Below, piece after piece: positions 50,719 through 59,296 of a stretch of DNA of 64,000 nt. Location of the stretch: contig CAVXWZ010000011.1 in assembly GCA_963765575.1 (NCBI GenBank), forward strand, positions 32,001-96,000, read 5' to 3'. How positions within the stretch are numbered: position 1 is the first letter of the stretch; every line of letters starts with the position of its first letter. This DNA comes from an uncultured cyanobacterium (GTDB lineage Bacteria; Cyanobacteriota; Cyanobacteriia; PCC-6307; Cyanobiaceae). Both the position numbers and the translations under genes were made by a program. A model generated the notes under the pieces. The model saw only the letters and a list, made by a program, of their open reading frames with translations. It ran no database searches and was not told the origin of the DNA.

Positions 50719-53164
50719 GTCTGCAGGGCGTACTGCTCGCTGAGCAGCCGGCGCAGGGGCTTCCCGGTTGGGCCTGCGGGAATGGCATCGAGCGCCATGA
50801 TCCGGCGGGGACGGCGCTGGCCGAGGCCAGCGCGGGCCAGCTGGTCGAGTTCGGCAAGAACAGCGGGAGCTTGATGGCCGGTCCGCAGGCGCACGGCGGC
50901 CATCGGCACGCCCCCATAGCGCTTGGATTGGGCGCCGAAGGCCACGCATTGCTCCACGGCCTCGTGCTGGCTGAGCACCTCCTCGATCTCGTAGGGAGAG
51001 ATCAGCACGCTGGCGAACAGGAAGATGTCATTGGAGCGCCCCCCGAAGATCACCTGGCCCGATGCCGAGAAGGCCAGCAGGTCGCCCGGGTTGAAGGGGC
51101 TGTAGCCGGGCGCGCACACGATCACCTCACGGAAGCTGAGTCCGTCCCGTTCGTAGCGCACCGGACCGGTGGGCTCGAGCGTGACGCCCCGCAGGGGCCA
51201 GCCCACCGAATCCTTCTCCGCCAGCAGCGCTTCCGGGGGCAACCAGGTGAGCGGCCCGCTCTGGCTGGTGGCGTAGGTGATGCCCAGGCGCACGGTGCCG
51301 ATCGCCGCCACGGCCTGCCGCAGGTCCATCGGCACCCGGTCGCTGCCGCTGATCAGCAGAAACCCTGGCGGGCAGTGGCGCAGGTCGTCCCAGGCCAGAT
51401 GCAGCCGCAGCCCGTTGGGCGGCATCGGCATGCCATCGCAGTGCTCCGGGATGCTGCCGGCGGCGAACGGGGTGTCGCTGGAGCGAATCACCAGACCGCT
51501 TCCCTTGAGCAACACCACAAACTTGAACAGGCGGGCACTCCAGTTCTGGAGCCCCTCGCCCAGCAACGGCGAACGCAGCAGGTGGAAGGGGGAGTGAGCG
51601 TCTCCTGGATGCAGCATGGAGATGGCCTTCGCCTCCACCAGCCCCGGACGGCCTGAGCTGGTGCCCGAGGTGGTGCCGATCAAGAGCACGGGATTGCTGC
51701 CAGGCGCCTCGCCACAGACTTCAGGCGTGCTCTGGCGCTGCCAGCAGCCCAGGCCCGAGGGCAGGGAGCCGAGGCGGATCCAGTCCCCGGCGGTCTGGGG
51801 AGCCGGTGGCCGATGCGGTGGGTGAGGGCGAGGCGGTGTTCGAGCGCCTCCTGCTCGCGGGTGGTGGCGGTGATGGGCAGGATGGTCTGGGGCAGGGCCG
51901 AGAGCATCAGCGCCATCCCCGTGATCAGATTCACGGGGCCGTCTTCGATCTGAATGCCCACCCGGGCGGTGACTCCCCAGGTCTTGAGGGGGATGAGGGT
52001 GTGCAGTTCGCGCCGCTCGTTGGCGACCCGTTCGGCGAGGTTGTTGTAGCTGATGCTGTGTCCCAGCCAGTCGATGGCGGTGGCATCGGGCTCGGCACGG
52101 GTCAGCTCCCGCCAGCGCTCGTTGAGCTGCTCCTGCACGGGTTGCAGTGTCCCAGCCTCAACGGCGCTGGGCAGGGATACGGTGCCCCGGCCGCACCGCT
52201 CCAGCCGTTGGGCGGCAGCGTCCACCACCACCTCGCCGATGGGGGTGAGCCTGGCGTGCTCGCGCACCACTGCCAAAGAGGAGAGGCCCTGGGCCAGCTG
52301 TTGCTCCCGCAGTTGCTGAAAGGCGGCCAGGTCCTCCGGGCCAGTGAGGAGATCCATCGGCGGCTGGCTGAGGATCGTGTCGATCACGCCGATCACCCGC
52401 GAGACCACATGCAGGGAATGGAGGATGCCGTGCATCGGGCGGGGATCGGCGCGGATCAGCACCTGGTGGCGCTCCTCGTCGCGGTTGAGGCAGAGCACCT
52501 GCTCCTGCCCCAGGGCAAACAGCTCGCCGTGGGCATACTCATGCACCAGCACCTCCACGGTGGCAGCGAGGCTGCGCGGCAGCGAGGCGTTGAGCACACT
52601 GGCGCCACGAAAGAAGAAGGCTGTGACTCCGCCGAACGACTCTCCTCGCCGTTGGGAGCGGGGCCCGGGGATCGCCAGCACAAGCAGCCGCTGAAGCCGC
52701 AGCATCAAGCCATGCAGGTCAGGGTCGACCAGGGCAATCAGACGGCGTGCGGTCTGGATTTCCTGCTTCAGGGCGTCCAGGTGCAGCGCTGAGGGGGCAG
52801 AGAGATCCTCGACGAAGTCGCCACCTTCCTGCAGCACTGCCAGCAGGGTGGTCCACATCTGCGGGGACGCCTGATCGGAATCCCCGAACGCCACAACAGT
52901 GGGCCCTTGTGCAGGTGAGCCCCTCTCAGCAACGTGACTGTCGTGAGCCAGCCCATGCTCGGCCAGGGCCAATGCGGTGGTGAAGGCCCGCTGCCGTGCC
53001 TGGGAGCCAACCGGCAGATCGGACAGCACCACTTTGCCGAGCTCGTAGTAACCGAGATAGAGCCAGGGAGAGAGGGAGGTTGGCTGGTCCTCGATCCTTT
53101 GTTGAACTGTCTGCGGCAGTAAACCCCAGCCCAGCGATGGATCATGGGCGCTCAGCAAGGACAC
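50715..53164 (-). CDS. aKG-HExxH enzyme apparently fused to AMP-binding domain 3; frameshift near 51790
   Basis: LVHEYAHGEL and IRADPRPMHGILH, then in frame EPDATAIDWLGHSISYNNLA (ANL N-terminus); next frame TSGTSSGRP, YATSQ, PGDL, GRSND, PAGPTGK. Confidence 0.75.
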
Positions 53165-53345
53165 AGAGTCGGCTGAACTGCCGGTGGGCTGTATTCACCG
53201 CTCTGTGCACGCTGGAAGCGAGGTGGTTTTCGCCTGCGATCACGGGGAGAAGCTGCTTGGGGCTAGCCGAGTGGTTGAGTTGTGGCAGACAGTTTTACTT
53301 CAGCGTGGAAAAGGTTTGTTCAAGCGGGATCGAAGCTTGGGTTGG

Positions 53346-53498
53346 TTAATTTGGAATCATTTCAACGTTGATTCCCCGATGAGGGATGTCGATCTCATAT
53401 TCTCTACCCTCTCCGCCAATTTTTGGCTGAGTGCTGGAGGGGATGGCGTCGTGAGGCGCGAAGCCAAAAAGCTCGGTGATGAGAGCGGTATTGGTCAT
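53346..53498 (-). CDS. Putative RiPP precursor P1 (50 aa)
   Basis: MTNTALITELFGFAPHDAIPSSTQPKIGGEGREYEIDIPHRGINVEMIPN. Confidence 0.8.
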   Translation of the reverse strand: MTNTALITELFGFAPHDAIPSSTQPKIGGEGREYEIDIPHRGINVEMIPN

Positions 53499-53661
53499 GG
53501 AACTGTGGAGATGTGAATTCGAAGAGAATCGATTGAAGGCGTCATGATCGAGATATTGACGCTTCTACTTAATCAAACGAGAAACTGTTGCTAGCTGGTC
53601 TTTGCGGGTGGATGAATCCAGCTGGGAGGCCGAAGCGTGGTGGCTTCGTGACCTTTAAGGC

Positions 53662-53823
53662 TCACCAGATTTCAATCGGGGGCCACGGCTTTTCTACGCC
53701 GACGTGCTCAGTGGGAAACAATGGACGTCCAACTTTCGGCTGAGTGCTGGAGGAAATGGTGTGCTGACGGGCGAAACCAAAGAGGCAACCCGCGAGAGAA
53801 ACGTTGTCAGAGAGGATGGCCAT
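53662..53823 (-). CDS. Putative RiPP precursor P2 (53 aa)
   Basis: MAILSDNVSLAGCLFGFARQHTISSSTQPKVGRPLFPTEHVGVEKPWPPIEIW. Confidence 0.8.
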   Translation of the reverse strand: MAILSDNVSLAGCLFGFARQHTISSSTQPKVGRPLFPTEHVGVEKPWPPIEIW

Positions 53824-53848
53824 TGAACAGCAAATCACAATGTGACGC

Positions 53849-53877
53849 ATTTTTGCTGGGTTGCCAGAGTTTGTCAA
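53849..53877 (-). promoter_or_regulatory. Sigma70-like promoter upstream of P2
   Basis: TTGACA-17bp-AAAAAT on the minus strand. Confidence 0.4.
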
Positions 53878-54058
53878 GCCCCAGATCCGGGACGCCATTG
53901 ATCTCCCCGTCGCTCCCCGGGTTGACAGGCGATGAAGGCGAGCTGAGGGTAGGGCTAAGGCTTGATTTTGCCCGATGGGGTTCGGTCTGATCCACCTCTG
54001 CCCTCGGCCAGGGGCTCGCCGAACGACTGAATGCTGCCAGCCACGCCAGAGCTGGTCT

Positions 54059-54196
54059 TTAGGCTGGAATGGCTTCGTATCCGGGCGGCATGGGTTGAAC
54101 TGGGATGCCATTACCCATCTTGGGCTGGATACTGGAAGGAATGCTGTATTGACGGGCGAACCCGAAAAGCTTGTTTGCGAGGGCGGGATTGGTCAT
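54059..54196 (-). CDS. Putative RiPP precursor P3 (45 aa)
   Basis: MTNPALANKLFGFARQYSIPSSIQPKMGNGIPVQPMPPGYEAIPA. Confidence 0.8.
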   Translation of the reverse strand: MTNPALANKLFGFARQYSIPSSIQPKMGNGIPVQPMPPGYEAIPA

Positions 54197-54538
54197 GGGT
54201 TAAATGAAGTGAGAGGGCTGAAGTGAAGGTGGTTTGGCTGAGGTGGCTTCAACACTTAAAGATTTCGCTCTGCCAGGGAGGGGAGGTGCGTATCATAGGC
54301 AATCTAGAGCTGAAGAGATCTCAGCGGCTCAAAAGATCAGAGACGAGTTGCTTGACCCGCCTCCTTTTCAGATTCTAATTTCGCTCTTTCCCCCGAGATT
54401 GTCAAGCAGGAGCTGAGATCGCGAGGGGAGTATTTCAACAGGACTGACGGTTCTCTTCCCATGGCGCAGCGGGGGGGGCCGCCGGACAGCCTTCCAGAAA
54501 CAGTCAGCACAGAAAGGTAAGAATGCTATTCATCAGAC

Positions 54539-54566
54539 AAACCTCTGAGCAATTGCTCAGAGGTTT
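54539..54566. repeat. Perfect 28-bp palindrome
   Basis: aaacctctgagcaa|ttgctcagaggttt. Confidence 0.9.
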
Positions 54567-55247
54567 TTACTGCTACTGATTTTGGGAATCAATTGGCGAC
54601 CTCTAACCCGTGGCACTCACCATGCGCTGCTTTGCTGGGATCGACATGATCACCAACCGGACCCCGGACGGGACTACGATTCTGGCGTTTCAGGGCCCCA
54701 TGGTTGACGATGTGGCAGGGCATCGGAAAGTGGCCAGATATGGGTGACAGCAAGACGGAGTTCAGGATCGCCTTGCGGCCTGGGCACCGCAAGGAACTGC
54801 CTGATACGGCCTAGGACAGGTTGAGCATGCCTTCCCGGTGGTTAATCAGCAGTATTGCTTTGAGAAGACATGGACTCGGGCCATGGAGAAAACCGTTGCA
54901 AGGAGATCCTGCTGACTGCACGACCAAGAAATCTGGCCTAAATGCTCAACATTCAGCCAGCGGACGTTGGCTTTGACAAGCTGTTTGGTTGACGGAGTTG
55001 AGCGGACCATGTTGCAGATAACTTCAGCAACTGCGGCTGTGTGGTAACCAAAGTTCTGTACCTGCGGGCCTTGAGATGCTTCCCGCAGGCGATCGGAGGA
55101 ACAGGGACCGGATGGGTTCCGCCAAAGCAGTAGTTGTTGAAAAATGGAGTATTAGACGCTCGCTTTTTTAGAGCGGACTAGTCCGAATTTAAGACTAATG
55201 TACTCAACTTTGCGCTCTTGAAGCTAACTCTAAGTTTCCGGGTAGTT

Positions 55248-55399
55248 TTAGTTTTCTATGATTTCGCCTGGAGGGAGAGGATTCTTTGGGCCGACATGCA
55301 CTGAGCTCTCCAATTTTGGGCTGTGTGCTGGAGGGAATCGTGTGCTGACGGGCGAAGCCGAAAGAGGCCATCGACAAGAAGCGAGCTTGAATAAGGCAT
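55248..55399 (-). pseudogene. Precursor P4 with two apparent +1 frameshifts
   Basis: MPYSSSLLVDGLF / GFARQHTIPSSTQPKIG / VHVGPKNPLPPGEIIEN* in three successive frames. Confidence 0.65.
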
Positions 55400-55672
55400 A
55401 GTCACGGCAATGTGGATGGAATTGTAGTCACCATGCATTTGCTGCCCGAATTCGACAAGCCCCCGATCCGGGCCGCCAACGGGCTCTCTGGGGGTGCCTG
55501 ACATGGTGAAAGCTTCTGGCCTAATCACCAACTCCAAAGGCGTCGCAGACCATTTGGGGCGGGTCTCAAGCCTGACTCCCCCCGATGCTGCTCTAGTGTG
55601 ATCCAACTCTGACCTTGGACAGGGGGCTCGGCGAATGACTGAACGCTGCCAGGCCCCCCCCAGAGCTGATGT

Positions 55673-55810
55673 TTACTCTGGATTGGCTTCGTAGGCGGGG
55701 GACCTGGGTCTGAAGTCTGGGCCACCACCGATCTTGGGCTGAGTGCTGGAGGGGGTGGTGTATTGAGGTGCGAAGCCAAAAAGCTTGGGGATGAGAGCGG
55801 TATTGGACAT
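55673..55810 (-). CDS. Putative RiPP precursor P5 (45 aa)
   Basis: MSNTALIPKLFGFAPQYTTPSSTQPKIGGGPDFRPRSPAYEANPE. Confidence 0.8.
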   Translation of the reverse strand: MSNTALIPKLFGFAPQYTTPSSTQPKIGGGPDFRPRSPAYEANPE

Positions 55811-56028
55811 GGAATTGCAGGAATGTGATTCGAAGGTGACCGAAAAAAGAGGCGTCGTGATCGAGATATTGATACTTTTGCTTGATCAAGCGAGAGTGTC
55901 TTTGTCGCGCTGACCTTCCCGGGGGGATGAATACAGCGTACAGATAAGGAGGGCCCCCTAGTGCCCTATGGAGTGTTGAAAGCAAGCCTCAGAGTAATTT
56001 TAGCGGTACTCTGCTTCCATCGGGGGCT

Positions 56029-56148
56029 TCACTCGCGGCGTGCACGGCGACCCCCAACTTTCGGCTGAATGCTGGAGGGAATGGTGTGCTGACGCGCGAA
56101 ACCAAAGAGGTTGGTCACGAGAGCAGGATTTCCTGAAAGCTTTGCCAC
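56029..56148 (-). CDS. Putative RiPP precursor P6 (39 aa as written; may extend to 56000 if the G5 run lacks a base)
   Basis: GTG start, MAKLSGNPALVTNLFGFARQHTIPSSIQPKVGGRRARRE; alternative tail SPCTPRVKPPMEAEYR. Confidence 0.72.
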   Translation of the reverse strand: MAKLSGNPALVTNLFGFARQHTIPSSIQPKVGGRRARRE

Positions 56149-56419
56149 TGGAGGAATTACTATGACTCCTCTCACCTTGGCCTGGTTGCCAGGGTTTGTG
56201 CAACCCCAATATCCGGGACGCCATCGACCTCTCTGGAGATCCCTGCCGACCCTGGCAGTACTCACCATTGCTCCGCGGGGCAGAGAGGCGCTGAAGCCGA
56301 GCTGAGGGCAGGGCTCAGGCTTGATATCGACCGATCGGGTGCGGTGCTGATCAGCCTCTGCCTTCGGCCAGGTGCTGGCCACGCGAGTGAACTGCTGTCA
56401 GCCACGCCAAAGCTGGTCT

Positions 56420-56548
56420 TTAGGTTGGATTGGCTTCGTAGGGGGGTTGAACTGGCGTGCCCACACCCATCTTGGGCTGAGTGCTGGAGGGGATGGTGTA
56501 TTGACGGGAGAAGCCAAACAGCTTGTTGACGAAGATGGGATTGGCCAT
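56420..56548 (-). CDS. Putative RiPP precursor P7 (42 aa)
   Basis: MANPIFVNKLFGFSRQYTIPSSTQPKMGVGTPVQPPYEANPT. Confidence 0.8.
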   Translation of the reverse strand: MANPIFVNKLFGFSRQYTIPSSTQPKMGVGTPVQPPYEANPT

Positions 56549-56705
56549 GGGATGCATCGATTGGGTGAGATAGTTGGCAAAGATGTCGGGCTTGGAGCTG
56601 AATCAAGTGAGTCCACCGAATCGCAACTGAAGCGCCAGTTCAGGCAGAAATCCAATGATCCCGGCTCAGAGCGGTGCAGGCTTGATCTTGGCAAATCGCT
56701 TATTT

Positions 56706-56734
56706 ACTTTAATTGTATCTTCCCTCTTTGTCAA
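56706..56734 (-). promoter_or_regulatory. Near-consensus sigma70 promoter heading the precursor array
   Basis: TTGACA-17bp-TAAAGT on the minus strand in an AT-rich patch about 160 bp upstream of P7. Confidence 0.6.
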
Positions 56735-56904
56735 TTTAACGATCAGTCTCCTGGGCCAGGGGCCCAGCCCGCCGCGAGGTGACGCCACCGGGGCCGATGG
56801 GTTCAGCATGCCGCTGTGCGCCGGGTCCTGGGACGGTCCAGGGTCTTTCTTGAGGGTAGGCTGCTATGGTGATGAGCTGGCTTCGGCCAGACGGGCACGC
56901 GCCC

Positions 56905-56975
56905 GACCCCAGACAGCAGGTTGGACAAGGCTCCGGTTCGCCGGTGAATCCTTATTCGTAAGCCCTGCCGAGGTG
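56905..56975 (+). promoter_or_regulatory. L10 leader (rplJ autoregulatory RNA)
   Basis: AGACAGCAGG...CCTGCCGAGG motif upstream of rplJ. Confidence 0.75.
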
Positions 56976-57142
56976 AACGCGACAGGTTTCAGCCTCCAGT
57001 GCACCAGCGGCCTCCTGCCGCCGGCGAGCTGGTCGGGCCCGGAGCATGCAGCGGCCTCGCCACCAGTTCTGAGCCGTTTCCCGGCGCAGACGGTGTCCCA
57101 GGGCCGCGTACCCCGCTTGTTCCCCCGATCCGTTCCTTCCCT

Positions 57143-57676
57143 ATGGGCCGCACGCTGGAGAGCAAGCAACAGATCGTCGAAGAGCTCAAGGGGCTCCTCG
57201 GTGACGCCGAAATGGCGCTGGTCCTTGATTACAAGGGCCTGTCCATCAAGGAGATGTCTGACCTGCGGACCCGTCTGCAGGCCAGCAACGGTGTCTGCAA
57301 GGTGACCAAGAACACCTTGATGCGCCGGGCCATTGATGGCGACAGCGCCTGGTCGGAACTCGATTCCCTGCTCACTGGCACCAACGCCTTCGTGCTCATC
57401 AAGGGCGACGTGGGTGGTGCGGTGAAGGCCCTGCAGTCCTTCCAGAAGGACAGCAAGAAATCGGAAACGAAAGGAGGCCTGTTCGAAGGCAAGCTCCTCT
57501 CGCAAGCCGAAATCCAGGCCATCGGGGATCTGCCCTCCAAGGAGGTGCTCATGGCCCAGATCGCCGGTGCGATCAATGCCGTGGCCACCCAACTGGCGGT
57601 GGGCATCAACGAAGTTCCCTCCGGCCTCGCCCGGGCGCTCCAGCAGCACGCCGATGGCGACGGTTCGGCCTCCTGA
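57143..57676 (+). CDS. rplJ: 50S ribosomal protein L10
   Basis: [35 protein letters not shown]. Confidence 0.97.
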   Translation: MGRTLESKQQIVEELKGLLGDAEMALVLDYKGLSIKEMSDLRTRLQASNGVCKVTKNTLMRRAIDGDSAWSELDSLLTGTNAFVLIKGDVGGAVKALQSFQKDSKKSETKGGLFEGKLLSQAEIQAIGDLPSKEVLMAQIAGAINAVATQLAVGINEVPSGLARALQQHADGDGSAS

Positions 57677-57750
57677 GGCCAACCCGCGATCGGCCCTGCA
57701 GGGCTCCTCGATTCGACTGTTTCCCACAGATCTGTTGCTGATTCTCAACC

Positions 57751-58140
57751 ATGACCGCTACCACTGACCAGATTCTCGACCAGCTCAAAACCCTCTCCCT
57801 GCTGGAAGCTTCCGAGCTCGTCAAGCAGATCGAAGAGGCCTTCGGTGTGTCTGCCGCCGCCTCCGCCGGGGTGGTGATGGCCGCTCCCGGCGCCGGCGGT
57901 GCCGCCGCTGAAGCCGTGGAGGAGCAAACCGAATTCGATGTGATCCTCGACGGTTTCGACGCCGCCGCCAAGATCAAGGTGCTCAAGGCCGTGCGCGAAG
58001 CCACCGGCCTCGGCCTCGGCGATGCCAAGGCCCTGGTGGAGGCCGCTCCCAAGGCGGTCAAGGAAGGCATCACCAAAGACGACGCCGAAGCCCTCAAGAA
58101 GGCCATCGAGGAGGTGGGCGGCAAGGTCACCATCAAGTGA
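57751..58140 (+). CDS. rplL: 50S ribosomal protein L7/L12
   Basis: [42 protein letters not shown]. Confidence 0.98.
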   Translation: MTATTDQILDQLKTLSLLEASELVKQIEEAFGVSAAASAGVVMAAPGAGGAAAEAVEEQTEFDVILDGFDAAAKIKVLKAVREATGLGLGDAKALVEAAPKAVKEGITKDDAEALKKAIEEVGGKVTIK

Positions 58141-58174
58141 TCAGCTGCTGATGCCTCAGCCCCGGCTGAGCCCG

Positions 58175-58199
58175 CCGGCCCCCAGGGGCCGGTTTTTTT
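58175..58199 (+). terminator. Rho-independent terminator after rplL
   Basis: ccggcccc...ggggccgg hairpin followed by T7. Confidence 0.85.
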
Positions 58200-58226
58200 A
58201 TGGCAGCCTGCGCCAAAAGCCGGCAC

Positions 58227-58251
58227 AAAAAAAACCCCGCCGAAGGCGGGG
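58227..58251 (-). terminator. Rho-independent terminator of the convergent gene
   Basis: A8 then ccccgcc-gaa-ggcgggg. Confidence 0.8.
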
Positions 58252-58388
58252 CTCAGGGCTTGGAACGGTTTCCGGGAGTCTGTCCTCGTTTCGACCCCGG
58301 AATGGTCGTTCCGCACTCCTCACACCCCATGAACATAAAAGATGGTGAGGTGTGCAGCAAGGCTTGGGGGACACTCCTGCGATTGGTC

Positions 58389-59222
58389 TCAGGGCCGATA
58401 GGGCACCACCTGCAGGGCGATCACGCCGCCGGCCTCCGCCTCGGCGCTCGTGTTCTCCTGCGACCAGGCGCGAGCCCCCGGGCGGCCCAGGCGCAGGCTC
58501 TCCAGCCGGGCCAGGCGGGACTGGCTCGTGCTCGACCGGGAGACTCCCCTGGAGTCCCTGGAGCTGCGGGAGCTGGCGGCCCTGGCGGTGGCGGTGTCCA
58601 GCGCGCTGGGGGGCGGCGGCGGTGTGGCCAGGCCGAGCAGGGGGTCGCCACCGGCGTTCGCCCGGGCCAGCAGCACCGGCAGCGGCTCCGCGTTGCTCAC
58701 ATAGAGGTGTTGGAGGCTCTGGCCGCCGAACACGCGACGCTCGAAGGCCCAGCCTTCAGCCAGTTGCAGCTCCACCAAGCCGTCGCCGCTGGGCTCGGCG
58801 CTGCCCACCACCAGGGGGCTGGACTGCTCGGGGCTGCTGGCCAGCAGCTCCAGGCGCCCGCCGCGGCTCTCCACCCGCAGGCGCCAGGGATGGCTGAGGT
58901 CGTCGCCGGCGATGCGCAGAGAGTAGGCGCTGCTGGAGGAGTAGAGGCCGCAGCTGGTGGCGGGCAGGTCCTTCTCGTAGGTGGCCACCGAGCCGTCGTC
59001 GAAGCGACGCCAGCAGGGGCGGGTTGGTTCGAGCTGCTCGAGCACGACCAGGTTCCAGCGGTTGCCGCTGAGGGGCTGGGCCAGGGCCATGGTGCGCTCG
59101 GCCTCCACCGGGGCGCTGTCGAAGCGCGCGGCCGCCCGGGCCCACTGCTGGGGCAGGACAGCGGCCGCGAGGCTCACTGCCCCTGCGGCTGCCAGGTAGC
59201 GTCGCTTCAGCCTCAAGGTCAT
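58389..59222 (-). CDS. DUF3747-family cyanobacterial exported protein
   Basis: Signal peptide; WNLVVLEQL..RPCW, YSLRI, GWAFERR..LQHLY motifs. Confidence 0.7.
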   Translation of the reverse strand: MTLRLKRRYLAAAGAVSLAAAVLPQQWARAAARFDSAPVEAERTMALAQPLSGNRWNLVVLEQLEPTRPCWRRFDDGSVATYEKDLPATSCGLYSSSSAYSLRIAGDDLSHPWRLRVESRGGRLELLASSPEQSSPLVVGSAEPSGDGLVELQLAEGWAFERRVFGGQSLQHLYVSNAEPLPVLLARANAGGDPLLGLATPPPPPSALDTATARAASSRSSRDSRGVSRSSTSQSRLARLESLRLGRPGARAWSQENTSAEAEAGGVIALQVVPYRP

Positions 59223-59296
59223 CGCCGTGCTCCTGTCCCCGTGGGGGACGTGGACAGATCAGAGGGATTGTCTAGCGGAGATCGACATGTTGTCCA

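Larger units (their letters stand above)
44243..56750. other. Genomic island inside the rplKA-rplJL locus: putative RiPP biosynthetic gene cluster
   Basis: Accessory genes separate rplA from the rplJ leader; lower GC, especially 53-56.7 kb; no integrase or flanking repeat seen. Confidence 0.8.

Noticed and set aside
47967..53164. HEXXH proteins as zinc metalloproteases
   Set aside because: The downstream R-x-DPRPM-x-G-x-LH motif and peptide context fit the aKG-HExxH modifying family better; not confirmed by HMM.
53346..56548. Repeats resembling a CRISPR array (ggctgagtgctggagg recurring)
   Set aside because: Units are degenerate, hundreds of bp apart and irregular, with no cas genes; variation follows codon structure.
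53346..56548. Nif11, cyanobactin, microviridin or classic double-glycine leaders
   Set aside because: No ELSxxEL, LAELSEE or PFFARFL motifs; GG follows the leader in only some copies; no cognate LanM, PatA/G, ATP-grasp or C39 gene.
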